DNA of 55,769 nt, the filler included, from Asterionella formosa (Eukaryota), in NCBI GenBank assembly GCA_002256025.1. It is 6 parts of 6 records of this genome, joined end to end, with 100 filler letters (N's around TTAATTAATTAA, not from the genome) between each part and the next. Parts side by side here need not be neighbours in the genome. Positions count along the whole stretch, not along the records: positions 37,278 to 46,474 come from NKIB01010962.1; positions 46,575 to 55,769 come from NKIB01010964.1; 4 more parts are not named here. The stretch is one strand, 5' to 3'. Under the pieces are notes generated by a model, which had not been told where the DNA came from, made no database searches, and worked only from the letters and a program-made list of their open reading frames with translations. Both the position numbers and the translations under genes were made by a program. Numbering within the stretch: the first letter of the stretch is position 1; every line of letters starts with the position of its first letter. This document shows, one piece after another, positions 37,178 through 48,429 of this stretch.

Positions 37178-37680
37178 NNNNNNNNNNNNNNNNNNNNNNN
37201 NNNNNNNNNNNNNNNNNNNNNTTAATTAATTAANNNNNNNNNNNNNNNNNNNNNNNNNNNNNNNNNNNNNNNNNNNNGGTACCAGGTACCTGGAACCCAC
37301 CACCTACCAGGGAGGATAGAGATTTGTGCCAGGTACTCCAGAGGAGTACGGTATTATCTAGCAGTCAGTTTGAGTCGTGACGTATTTTGAAAGAACAACT
37401 AAGAACATGTGCGATTGTATGATCCTTGACATTTCATTGCATGTGATGGTATGAAAATAGATATTTTTTTATTATTCTTCATCTAATAATTTAATATGGT
37501 GGAATGAAATGCATACGGTACCGCTGTATGTACCCCTTGGTGGAGCTATTTAAAAAATGTACATAAATCCGAGAAAAAAATTTCTTTGTTACCACAAATA
37601 TCCTCTTGTCCTCAAGCATAGCCTTGTTTCTCGTTGGCAAATCATACTACCTGATACCAATATACTAGCTCTTAGCCATC

Positions 37681-38400
37681 ATGACTTCTGCTCTCGAATG
37701 GTTTGATTATCATTGGATGTTCTTGGGCCCTCCACTCTGCATTATGGTTGCCATTTGGAAATTAGGACTTTTGAAATCAGCGAAGCAAGCAACAGTGGAT
37801 TCCAAGGACCAGGAACTTCACATGTATTCCTGGCTTGCTCTCATGGTGTATGCCTCTCATCAATTCGAAGAGCATGGGTATGATCTATATGGACGCCGAT
37901 ATCACTTTATCGAATTTTACAATGACACGGCACCATGGGGAACTCAATTGAGTCCTAGAATTATTACCATAATCAACACTGGATCTATTCTCACCATGTT
38001 TGGAATTTTTGCCCAATGGTCGGAAACTACTCGGGATTACTCCAAAACTGGGTTCATGTATGGGTTGATGGCATTCAATGGAGGCGTATTGCATTTACTT
38101 CCCTGTCTAGTAGCACATGGTGCGTACAATCCTGGAACAGTCCAATCCATAATCATGACACCATTGGCGTTGTATGTTCTCTACAAGGTCTATCTACGAT
38201 ATGGAACTGGAACCCTTTTGGCATCCTTCCTGTATGGATCCGTCTATGCACATGTATTGGTACTTTTGTTACCCTTGAAATTGGTGTCACTTGGATATCT
38301 CAATGACGCTGGTTTTGCTATTTGGGCAATGGGTCTCCTTATGATGTATCCAATTATGATATCTCCATTGTTGAAAATGGGCAAGACGCGAAAAGATTAA
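37681..38400 (+). CDS. HXXEE-domain integral membrane protein
   Basis: SHQFEEHG, the later H...YNPG motif and several TM helices. Confidence 0.85.
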   Translation: MTSALEWFDYHWMFLGPPLCIMVAIWKLGLLKSAKQATVDSKDQELHMYSWLALMVYASHQFEEHGYDLYGRRYHFIEFYNDTAPWGTQLSPRIITIINTGSILTMFGIFAQWSETTRDYSKTGFMYGLMAFNGGVLHLLPCLVAHGAYNPGTVQSIIMTPLALYVLYKVYLRYGTGTLLASFLYGSVYAHVLVLLLPLKLVSLGYLNDAGFAIWAMGLLMMYPIMISPLLKMGKTRKD

Positions 38401-38580
38401 TGGCATTATATATATTTATATATATATATATGTGTTTATATTACCGGTACTGTTGATCCATAGGTGTTGCCAATGGATCTCATGCAATAGTACAAGAGGA
38501 GCAACCTGAATAATAGTATCGTAAATCCCAAGCATATACTACGATCCACTTGATTGTCCTTTTCCTTTCTTCTTCCTCGC

Positions 38581-39646
38581 TTATGAACACTTGGAAATAT
38601 CAATCCTCCATAGGTCATTTAGTCGACGTGGACTGTCATCATCTCCAGACAGGCCTCCAAAGAGGAATAGAGAACCAGTTCCATCGTTGTTGTCCAATGT
38701 TGTGGCATCCGACCATCCACGTGTCTCGGGCCATGGCTCATCGTTTTCATTGTCGGACTTTGTCTTTGTGGCAATGAATGTACCAGTACTTTCATCCAAG
38801 ATGACCACATCATTTTCAAATCCTCCAGCACCTTCATGACCACGGTCTGATGGGTCAACTTCACCACCAAAAATAACAGCAACACCGACGGATGGAAATG
38901 ATCCAGACACACAGACACTTCGAGGTCTTAACCCTTGCAGGTTCAATGGCATATCGGCCCATGTTCCTTTCATAACATCAAACGCATGACCATCTGCCAT
39001 TTCTTCTCCAGCAAATCCAGCTACAACAGCTAGTGCTGTTCCTGAGTTCAACGCAAGTAAATTAGCTCTACCACGTCCTTTCAAAAGAGATGATGTTCCT
39101 AACATCTTCCATGTCTGTGTAGGTACATCAAACATGGCCAAGTCAGCAAGTCTCCCAGTCACTCCACAACCACCAAAAACAAAGAGTTTGTTTCCTACAC
39201 AAATCATTTTATGAAATGATCGAGGAGAGGGAGATTCATGCTCTGTCACAATTTCGGACCAACGTTCAGTTCCTGGTTCACCAGAAGCATCCAACATCCA
39301 CAAATCATTCATGGGTTGCTCATTCATGGCAACTCCTGCACGTCCACCAAATATAAAGACAATGGAATCATTATATACAGCTTGGGCATGCCCAACTCTA
39401 GGTGGAGGAGTAGTACTAGGAGTAGTACCAGTAGTATTGTGGAGGATGAGCCGCCATTGCCATTTGCAATCCAACGATTGTTGGTTGTAGTCTGCTGCCC
39501 ACGTGGATTGAGAATCGTCGTTCAATGGGGTTCGTGCCAAATGTTCACCTCCATAGAGAATCAATCGTGTTCCATTGTTGATCATGGAAAGGCCATGAGA
39601 GCTTCGACTACATGGAATCCCATGCAATGGATCTGCCTTGGGTGCT
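38581..39646 (-). CDS. Kelch-repeat beta-propeller protein (nitrile-specifier-like); 5' end in N gap
   Basis: Repeated blades RSSHG..LYGGE, PRVGH..IFGGR, PRSFH..VFGG, IFGGEVDPS..GHEGAG. Confidence 0.85.
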
Positions 39647-40355
39647 NNNNNNNNNNNNNNNNNNNNNNNNNNNNNNNNNNNNNNNNNNNNNNNNNNNNNN
39701 NNNNNNNNNNNNNNNNNNNNNNNNNNNNNNNNNNNNNNNNNNNNNNNNNNNNNNNNNNNNNNNNNNNNNNNNNNNNNNNNNNNNNNNNNNNNNNNNNNNN
39801 NNNNNNNNNNNNNNNNNNNNNNNNNNNNNNNNNNNNNNNNNNNNNNNNNNNNNNNNNNNNNNNNNNNNNNNNNNNNNNNNNNNNNNNNNNNNNNNNNNNN
39901 NNNNNNNNNNNNNNNNNNNNNNNNNNNNNNNNNNNNNNNNNNNNNNNNNNNNNNNNNNNNNNNNNNNNNNNNNNNNNNNNNNNNNNNNNNNNNNNNNNNN
40001 NNNNNNNNNNNNNNNNNNNNNNNNNNNNNNNNNNNNNNNNNNNNNNNNNNNNNNNNNNNNNNNNNNNNNNNNNNNNNNNNNNNNNNNNNNNNNNNNNNNN
40101 NNNNNNNNNNNNNNNNNNNNNNNNNNNNNNNNNNNNNNNNNNNNNNNNNNNNNNNNNNNNNNNNNNNNNNNNNNNNNNNNNNNNNNNNNNNNNNNNNNNN
40201 NNNNNNNNNNNNNNNNNNNNNNNNNNNNNNNNNNNNNNNNNNNNNNNNNNNNNNNNNNNNNNNNNNNNNNNNNNNNNNNNNNNNNNNNNNNNNNNNNNNN
40301 NNNNNNNNNNNNNNNNNNNNNNNNNNNNNNNNNNNNNNNNNNNNNNNNNACAGAA

Positions 40356-41810
40356 ATGCTGAGAAGGCAGCGGATACAATGCGTGGTACTCACCGTTGTT
40401 CTTGCATTTTGTAACGGTGACAACGACGACAGTGAATGCCAAGTTGAACGCAAGCACATACATCTTGCACTGGGACCAGATCCTTCTACAAGCATGACGA
40501 TTTCTTTTGCATCCATTTCGTCGTGCTGTGAAAACATCACTGACAATTGTGCTTTCGCTCCTTTCGGGTCTGTGTTGATCGGGACGAGCCCGGCTCACCT
40601 CAACTACCTTGTCACCGAGAGTATACCTTCTAAACAATACTCCGCACAATACAACAATGGATCTTGGTATAACTCTCCCTACTTTCATCACATATTAGTT
40701 GAAGGCCTAGAACCATCCACAAAATACTACTATCACTGTATTTCCACAATAAATGAAAGCAGAGGGGAAATTCAAAACGCTCGGCGAGTCCAACAGAGGC
40801 GTCGTCGCATCGCCACAAACGAGATCTATTCCTTTGTGACGGCACCAAATCCGGGCAATCTCTTGGAGAAAAATCCTATAACTATCGCCTTCATCGCTGA
40901 CACTGGAAGAACTGACGCCGCCCGTGCAAACTTTGCTCATTTAGACTCTCACAAGTCCGACATTCAGGTCCTCATGGTAGCTGGTGACCTTGTATACTCA
41001 CATTTTATGCACCATAGGTGGGATGACTTCTTTGATATGCTCGAGGGTATTGACATGACGAAACAAATTCCAATAATGGTAGCAGCAGGGAATCATGACA
41101 TTGATCGTCATGTTGGTACTGGTGAAATGTTTGTTGCCTATGAAAATCGTTTCCAAATGCCACAGATACAACCTGCCATTTTGTCAGTGGATACAAAAAT
41201 GGAAGATCGCTTTTGGGAATTTGACATTTTCTATCCACTAGACTATGATTATGGCAATGGATACTATGCATTCACACTTGGTCCATCACGCAACATTGTG
41301 ATCTGCTCGTACAGTGGTATCCATCCTGGCTCACGACAACACCATTGGCTGACCAAGGAACTTGGGTCCATTGACCGTACCCTGACACCCTGGATCACAG
41401 TCACGATGCATGTTCCTATTTACAATACATTTAGCAACCAAACGGATCCACAAATGGAAGCATTCAAGGAGCATCTTGAACCATTGTTAGTAAATCATCA
41501 GGTAAATCTTGTATTTTCTGGTCATGTCCATGGATATCAACAAATGCATCCTACTATATACAACAAGGTAAATAAGAAGGGTCCCGTGCACATGATTGGA
41601 GGGAATGGTGGCATCCAACTGGTACCACCAACAGAAGAGTCCAATGAGTATGTCGCAAAACGCGAATGGACGTGTCATGGGTATGCAACCTTGACACTAC
41701 TCAATCAGACGATGGCTTGCTGGAAGAAAATATGTGTCACATCCCATGACAACAAGGTACCAGCATTATCAGAAGAATTGACTTATATTGTCAATCAATA
41801 TTATCTATGA
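40356..41810 (+). CDS. Purple acid phosphatase (secreted)
   Basis: Signal peptide, FN3-like N-terminal domain, and metal-ligand motifs DTG, GDLVY, GNHD, TMH and GHVH. Confidence 0.93.
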   Translation: MLRRQRIQCVVLTVVLAFCNGDNDDSECQVERKHIHLALGPDPSTSMTISFASISSCCENITDNCAFAPFGSVLIGTSPAHLNYLVTESIPSKQYSAQYNNGSWYNSPYFHHILVEGLEPSTKYYYHCISTINESRGEIQNARRVQQRRRRIATNEIYSFVTAPNPGNLLEKNPITIAFIADTGRTDAARANFAHLDSHKSDIQVLMVAGDLVYSHFMHHRWDDFFDMLEGIDMTKQIPIMVAAGNHDIDRHVGTGEMFVAYENRFQMPQIQPAILSVDTKMEDRFWEFDIFYPLDYDYGNGYYAFTLGPSRNIVICSYSGIHPGSRQHHWLTKELGSIDRTLTPWITVTMHVPIYNTFSNQTDPQMEAFKEHLEPLLVNHQVNLVFSGHVHGYQQMHPTIYNKVNKKGPVHMIGGNGGIQLVPPTEESNEYVAKREWTCHGYATLTLLNQTMACWKKICVTSHDNKVPALSEELTYIVNQYYL

Positions 41811-42292
41811 AACAAAAAAGTGTTTCGAAAGTAAGTTGCTTCCAGTAGTAGGGTAAAGCAAAGCCTAAGTTTTGTCAATTCTTTTCCACGATTTCTTACA
41901 TGTGAGTATAAATACCGTCAACCCCTCCTGAATAGATGATCTCGATGGCACACACACCCCGACCTCTACACGACACTTGATGCAAATAGCGAGACTAACC
42001 CTTGCAGCAACCTAGACTAGTTTACATATATTATTTCACATGTACTTGCTGTATAATAAATGATAATTTGTTGCTACCCTTCTGGAATTTTAAACTTTCA
42101 TCAGGAGTTTACGGAAAACCAAATGAAATCATTTTCGGAACTTGACCTTGATAGTTCTTTAACACTCAATGATAGCAAAGGAACCATCTATAGTTGCTGG
42201 TGTAACCAGCTGCATTTCATCGTACTTTTTTCTTACTATAATCCGTCCGCCATATTTCCCAAGGAATGGTAGATTGTGTGTTCAATAAGTTT

Positions 42293-43582
42293 TCATTGAA
42301 AACCTAAATTTGGATCGTCGCACAGATACATATCGTCCTTCGTCTTGGATACATTGACTCGATTCCGATCGCGCAAAGGAATGGTTTCCCCATCTCGTCG
42401 CCATGATTCGTCTAATAAATCGAGAACCTTTTTGTCTTGTCCCGGCACAGACTTGACTCCATTCAATGATTTTGTATCTTTGATATCCATCCAATGAATG
42501 GCCGAGATGGAAAAATCTGAATGTGTATGCAAAACTCGTTTTGCATTCAGTACAGTATACCAATCCGACCATAGTTGCAGTGTGTTTCTGATAACATCCA
42601 CTTCAATTGAATCAGCTATTGTCGCACTGTGATGGACAGTTTGCCAACCAGAGTTCCGCCAAGAATACTTTTTTTCAAACCGTTTGAACCACTGAACTTC
42701 GTTGGTGATTAAAAAGGTGTCACTTGGTAACATCTCACCCAGAGCATCCAAGGTTTCATCATCAAGACCCTTTCGTTCGTCGTTCTTATCATCGCCCTTC
42801 CGCAAGTGCACCACGGTATGTGGTGGCTCCGTCCCCCATGGTAAAGTCGAAAGTAGTGCTTGCGTTGGTCGGTAATATTTGAAAAAGAAATTCTTTGGTA
42901 CAGCTGGCCATCTTGGATATGTATTTCCCGTAAAGTACAAGACTGGAATGGATGAATTCAAGATATCTACCAGTTTGCACTCATTTGGTGCACGGAAGAA
43001 ATTTAGCAACTCCAAGGAAACATTCACTTCAGGTTCAACGGTTGGAAATCCGGCACAGGATTGCACAACTGCTGCATTGATTGGTTGAAATGCCATTAAG
43101 AAATCAGTGTATTCTGTGGAAACACAAAGGATGCGTCCAAACTCTTCAGCAAGCAAATGTGCTGCCAACAATCCCGTAATGCCGTTTCCAGCCCCTTGTC
43201 CTCCAAGGGGTTTCACATACAGGAAGCGTTCGGGCCGTTGCAGTCCATCATCAATCGGCATCATGGCATCTATCAACGAGTCATGGCTCGCTAGATAAAC
43301 TTCCAAGAAGTGCTGCGTTCTCCAGATGATTCCATACCAGTATAGGCATCCGGCGAAGAGAATGCACCAACCGGAAGTCGAAGGAATCAAAAACTGACGA
43401 TGTTCCTGTCTCGTTTTGTTTCGTCTTGACGGGATCATTCTGCAATCTTTGATAGATATCCATTTCTTAAACTCGTCGACTGCTGTACGGTCGACTGTTG
43501 CACGTTCTACCAAAGTTTTGGGGACGGGTTGATGGTTGCCGCCGTCAAGGCGATCTACGAAAGGGTTCGTCGGCAGCATCAT
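42293..43582 (-). CDS. Type II membrane fucosyltransferase-like glycosyltransferase (GT-B)
   Basis: One TM helix near the N-terminus; GQGAGNGITGL..AHLLA...R; VVHLRKGD (GDP-fucose-binding HxRxGD-type motif); SDFS. Confidence 0.65.
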   Translation of the reverse strand: MMLPTNPFVDRLDGGNHQPVPKTLVERATVDRTAVDEFKKWISIKDCRMIPSRRNKTRQEHRQFLIPSTSGWCILFAGCLYWYGIIWRTQHFLEVYLASHDSLIDAMMPIDDGLQRPERFLYVKPLGGQGAGNGITGLLAAHLLAEEFGRILCVSTEYTDFLMAFQPINAAVVQSCAGFPTVEPEVNVSLELLNFFRAPNECKLVDILNSSIPVLYFTGNTYPRWPAVPKNFFFKYYRPTQALLSTLPWGTEPPHTVVHLRKGDDKNDERKGLDDETLDALGEMLPSDTFLITNEVQWFKRFEKKYSWRNSGWQTVHHSATIADSIEVDVIRNTLQLWSDWYTVLNAKRVLHTHSDFSISAIHWMDIKDTKSLNGVKSVPGQDKKVLDLLDESWRRDGETIPLRDRNRVNVSKTKDDMYLCDDPNLGFQ

Positions 43583-45445
43583 GGTGAACAGACAGTATTT
43601 ACTGGTAGTATATTGCCGATCAGCGCGACTTGGGGTTCTGAAAAAACAGTACCGTAAATAAGTTTTTTGTATATTCATTATCCACACACGAAATATACGA
43701 TATATGTAACCAAATCATTGAATCTTCATTGCGTGTATAATTTCTTAGGGTTAGGGTTCTCTTTAGATACCGGTAGACACCCAGCCAATGGAGAATGATT
43801 CGTGGCTGGTCACGCGAGTGTTGTTTTACCCTACCGGTAGTACCGCACTCCCGATTGTACCTTCTGACGTACAGACGATTGCAAATCGCTCTTGATATCA
43901 TACATACCGGTAAATATATCATCAATAATCAACCAATTGATCATATGTAGTACCTGGTACCCGCCATCATACAGAAATGCATAACGAAACGAAAAAACGC
44001 AAAATGTTCGTACATGAATAGCGGTCATCCCAGGTGTACCTGCACATAAATTGTCCTTGAAGATTCGTCTACATACGTCCAAAAATTGATCATATGCATA
44101 TGTTGCTTTTCTGTTTCAAGATAAGCAGATTCTGACATGCTACGTAAGTCGCATACCATGCCTTACTCAGATGATAGCATTTCAACTGCTATGTAGATGT
44201 AATTTAATTACAATTAATGAAGTCGAAATTCTAAATTACAAATAGATGTAGCACTGTATTTATACGTTTATAACTTTTGAATGAAAAAGGTGAAACATCT
44301 GTTGATCCAATGCAGCCATTGTGGGTGCAAAAAATCTTACCAGCACACCCTAGTAGTACTGTTCGAACTCTTCATCAAGAAATGTGTTGGCCAATTCAAT
44401 TGCTCCTTCTTCCACCATCTGCCTGTATATGGTGTAGCTGCAGTGGAGCTCAAACAAACTCATTTGATGGTGTTGCTGTAAATATACATCGCCTTCCATG
44501 GTGAGAGAGAGTTGGATCGGTTTGATAGTACTTGCTAAGTTTCCTCTGTTAACATTTGGGTGCTTTGACAAAATTGTGTAAAATCCATGTTAATATTATA
44601 TATTCATACATATAGTATATAATTAAGAAATATGAAGGGTGGAATGTGAATGGTACATGCATGATGTCATAAACAATTCCACCATATGATCATGCATCAT
44701 TTCTTAGCATCATCACATTGAGTCTCAATTATATTCTATTACAAGGATTGAAAACAAGCCTTCAACATGTCTGATTGGGCAATGCAGGTGTATCATGAGC
44801 TTGACTAAGCATTGTGTTTCTCGACAACAAACTTGTCAAGGGGAATGATCTTTTATTAGCAAAATTTACTTTGTTTGAACCTCTTGGCTGAAAAAAGATT
44901 GATAATCAATTAGAAACCTCATTACAATTTTTCGTGACTACATCTCCCCATTTTGGCAGACTTCAAAATGTTTTCGTTTTTGCTGCCTGACAGCACCAGC
45001 AAACATAAATGTACTACTGGCTTTTCTAAAATAATCCCATCAATGATTCTTCAGCATATAATATCATTGTGACCATGTTGTGATCTGTGGATCAGGACAA
45101 AGAGTGCTGGATCATTTTCTTTAAAATATTTCAAGCTCCATCAAACTCCGAAAGGGACCTACTATGAAATCACAAGATCCTTGATCATTTAGTAGGAGAA
45201 TGAGGAACAACTGACAACGACAGGCCACTTAAACAATATCCTGTATCCACAATTGGATATACTTCCCATAGAATGAATGTGATGATCATACATCTCCTAA
45301 TAACATGCAATTATATTGCAATACGTGTGATTGAATAGCATTAGAATATAAAAGTGAATTCTACTCCATTTATAATTGGCTGGTTCATTGATTGTATCCC
45401 TCATCCAGAAGTGTTGAAAGCACAAAAGTGCAGATGTCCATGCTG

Positions 45446-46468
45446 CTAGTGAAACATGATTTCCTTGAATTTGGCAACTTCTGCTGTGCCACCAAAGCAT
45501 ACGCCCACACGATGATCACAGTTATCAATAACGATATCAAGAACACTTTTGTCTTCCTCTTCGAACAAGGCCTCACCACCAGCTAGCTCTATGATCAACC
45601 CTATAGGTGCCACCTCGTACAATAATCGAAGTTTCGCCTTGGCAGAAGGCGAGCTAACATTTGTAAATATTCCTTTGGATTTGGCCAAGATGTGATACAC
45701 ATCTGGAACCATGCCTCCAGAATATCTAAGCTGATATCGTTCCTTCATCCAGTATTGAAATAGCTCATTGTATTTTGGGTGATCTGTCGTAGCTCGGAGA
45801 TTGCCAGGTGCAAACATCTTGCCGTGGGGTTGGATATGAATTGATTCTCTTGAAACTTCCCATTCAGTCCGATTCTTCACCAAGGTAACTTCAAACACAG
45901 CACGTTGCTCGGCAAGACCAATGCATAGCACAGTGCGAGGCCCGTACAAGGCCACAGCCGCTGCAACTTGCTCTCTCCCCGTCCGCCCCACCAACGTCGT
46001 TCCAGGCCAAATTCCATAAATGCTCCCGACCGAAAAATTGGCATCAATGATTGACGAGCCATCCAATGGATCACATCCTAGACTATACACTAAGCCACCA
46101 TTATTAGTATTTGAGGAACTCACCGACGTTTCCTGGGGTGTTTCTTCGCTGGCAACAGTAGCATACACTCCACTGGCCCGGACTGCACGAAATACCGCCT
46201 CGTCGCATGAAATGTCTAAATGCAATTGTTCGTCTCCAGATGCGTTTTGTGAACCAGCATATTCGTGTTTGATGTAGTTGGTCAGATGAACCGCGATGTG
46301 AGCCGTTGCTTCACCGAGGGCGTGGATTGCTTGAATCAGTGGGCATGATTCGTGGACGTTATAGGCTTGCAGAATCTTGGATAGCGTTTCTTCTCGTGAC
46401 CGAATAGCGGCTTCAATGCCAGAGGCTAGGAGGAGGATGTCATCGTCAGGAGGTGATTCAACAGTCAT
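45446..46468 (-). CDS. SBP: Sedoheptulose-1,7-bisphosphatase (FBPase class 1 family)
   Basis: Motifs ASEE, DPLDGSSIIDANFSVGSI, FAPGNLRAT, LRYSGGMVPDV and KLRLLYEVAP. Confidence 0.9.
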   Translation of the reverse strand: MTVESPPDDDILLLASGIEAAIRSREETLSKILQAYNVHESCPLIQAIHALGEATAHIAVHLTNYIKHEYAGSQNASGDEQLHLDISCDEAVFRAVRASGVYATVASEETPQETSVSSSNTNNGGLVYSLGCDPLDGSSIIDANFSVGSIYGIWPGTTLVGRTGREQVAAAVALYGPRTVLCIGLAEQRAVFEVTLVKNRTEWEVSRESIHIQPHGKMFAPGNLRATTDHPKYNELFQYWMKERYQLRYSGGMVPDVYHILAKSKGIFTNVSSPSAKAKLRLLYEVAPIGLIIELAGGEALFEEEDKSVLDIVIDNCDHRVGVCFGGTAEVAKFKEIMFH

Positions 46469-47314
46469 CTTACTNNNNNNNNNNNNNNNNNNNNNNNNNN
46501 NNNNNNNNNNNNNNNNNNTTAATTAATTAANNNNNNNNNNNNNNNNNNNNNNNNNNNNNNNNNNNNNNNNNNNNAAAGAACCTGGATATCCACCACTCTT
46601 TTGTAGAGTACATTCAATTGTCCGCGGTATACCGGCAGTAAATATAGAGAAATATAACGTCCATGGATTCACCATTGCTCTAGGTGATTTCGGCGTTAAA
46701 TATAAATGATCCACAGGATTGAATATCTTTAGGATAACTTGACAACCTTTCGGTACTCTGACGTCATATTGTCGCCGAACAGGTGCGGCGCCTCCTCAAT
46801 CATTCGGTTCCAGGTACCAGGTACCAGGTACCTGGTATCAGAGGGAGTTCAGAGGGGTTCAACTACCGGTATATATAAAAGGAAAACTGAGCAAAATTTC
46901 TCTTTCACCGCAACTTAAAAGGGCCACAGTAGACCTTGTACCAGGGGTACCAGGTGCCCTTTAGCCTTGTACCTGAAATGACGATTTGGACATGTCGGAT
47001 ATTCACGCCTGAGGATCCAAATGTAAAATACATAATCTGGCTAGCTCGGATAGCGGTTATCTTTCATTGCTGGCATGATTGTTTTGAATGCCAGAATTCG
47101 ATTTGGCAGGAACTATTTTATGTTGGGTCAAACTCATTCCCCCAATCTCAAACCACCTGCCGCGTATCAAAAAAGATTGGGTCTTTTTACCGGAGAGCTA
47201 GATTCCGTCAGGGTCAGATGCGCGCTGAATTTGTCTGTCTGCCAATCATGAGTGATGTACCGGTACACGTTCGGGAATAAATATACCGGTATGAACATAT
47301 ATTAATGTTCCTGC

Positions 47315-48020
47315 ATTTCAACCCTAGTTTAGAGGTAGGGTTAAAAATATAATATTGAGTCAGAGTACTCAAACACACACTTCTTACGAGTAAAACATAA
47401 ATGTGTATCGCTAAACGGAGCTTTCCCCAATATACACCCTTTCCATATGCTTAGATACAGTCATTGACAAAAGTAGGGGCACAGGTCAACGCTATATATT
47501 GTCAGGATATAGTAGGATCTGGTGAGAAACTGCAGAAAGGAACTTCGGTTTTTAAACTATGCTATAAGACTGGAAATTTCGGGGGAAATCACTTTATTTG
47601 GCATATTTGAAAAACCGAAGTTCCTTTCTGCAGTTTCTTGCCAGAAGTTATATACTCATGCTATTTGAATTCAGAGCCAGCAAACGTTGAGCTATCGTTG
47701 TCCAAAAATTCGACAAAATCAGCCTTTTCTACGGTCTCCGAATCATTGGAATCAGAACCACTTAGCGCCGAAATGTCATCATTGGAATGGTAGTCTTGTG
47801 ATGCAATATTTAGTCGTAAAATTTCCAGTACCAAAATTCCATTGTGAGTGCGCGCAGTATTATATATGTACTGACTGGCTATGACGAAATACTCGACTCC
47901 GTTTGATTGTGAGAGGAATTGCAAACCCACACCAGCCACATTGGATACACATGAAACATTTCTTTGGGTGTACCGGTAGGCCGGTAATATATCCAGTGCA
48001 GGTACCAGTATATGATTACT
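47315..48020. repeat. Dispersed repeat family A, long copy with 36-bp-stem hairpin at ~47518-47645
   Basis: TCTGGTGAGAAACTGCAGAAAGGAACTTCGGTTTTT pairs with AAAAACCGAAGTTCCTTTCTGCAGTTTCTTGCCAGA (34/36). Confidence 0.9.
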
Positions 48021-48429
48021 AACCAGAACACCCGCCGTAGAACTTTTTCGGCTTACCTAATTAGCGGCCCATTCACTATCAACATGAGCAATAACCCGTA
48101 GTTCCTTAGGTTTTCGACTCTTGAGAACTCTGTCCGATGTGCTCGATAAGAATTCAACAACTGTTTTGAAAGAGGATAGGATAGCGAACGACGATGAGGA
48201 CAAAGGAGGAGGAGAGTAGGGCGAGTCAATTAACGAACCTGACAAGCTCAATAGGAGTTTGTAAGGGAGTATGTTAAAAAGAGTGATTATAGTAAAGTAA
48301 AAGGGAATAGATACAAACGTAGAAGAAGAGCTACACGGGTAGAGTCAAGCAACCATCAGTGTCTGACATACAGACATACATGATGGACATGATATTATGG
48401 TAGTAAATCAAAAATGAGAAGTGCCACAA

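Noticed and set aside
29209..39646. Nitrile/amide pathway cluster (amidase plus nitrile-specifier-like kelch protein)
   Set aside because: The genes are on different scaffolds, and kelch similarity does not imply nitrile chemistry.
39238..40691. ORFs of 250-730 aa spanning N runs (also 33994-34575 and 32036-32389)
   Set aside because: Their length comes from N gaps; the real parts are the kelch and purple acid phosphatase genes.
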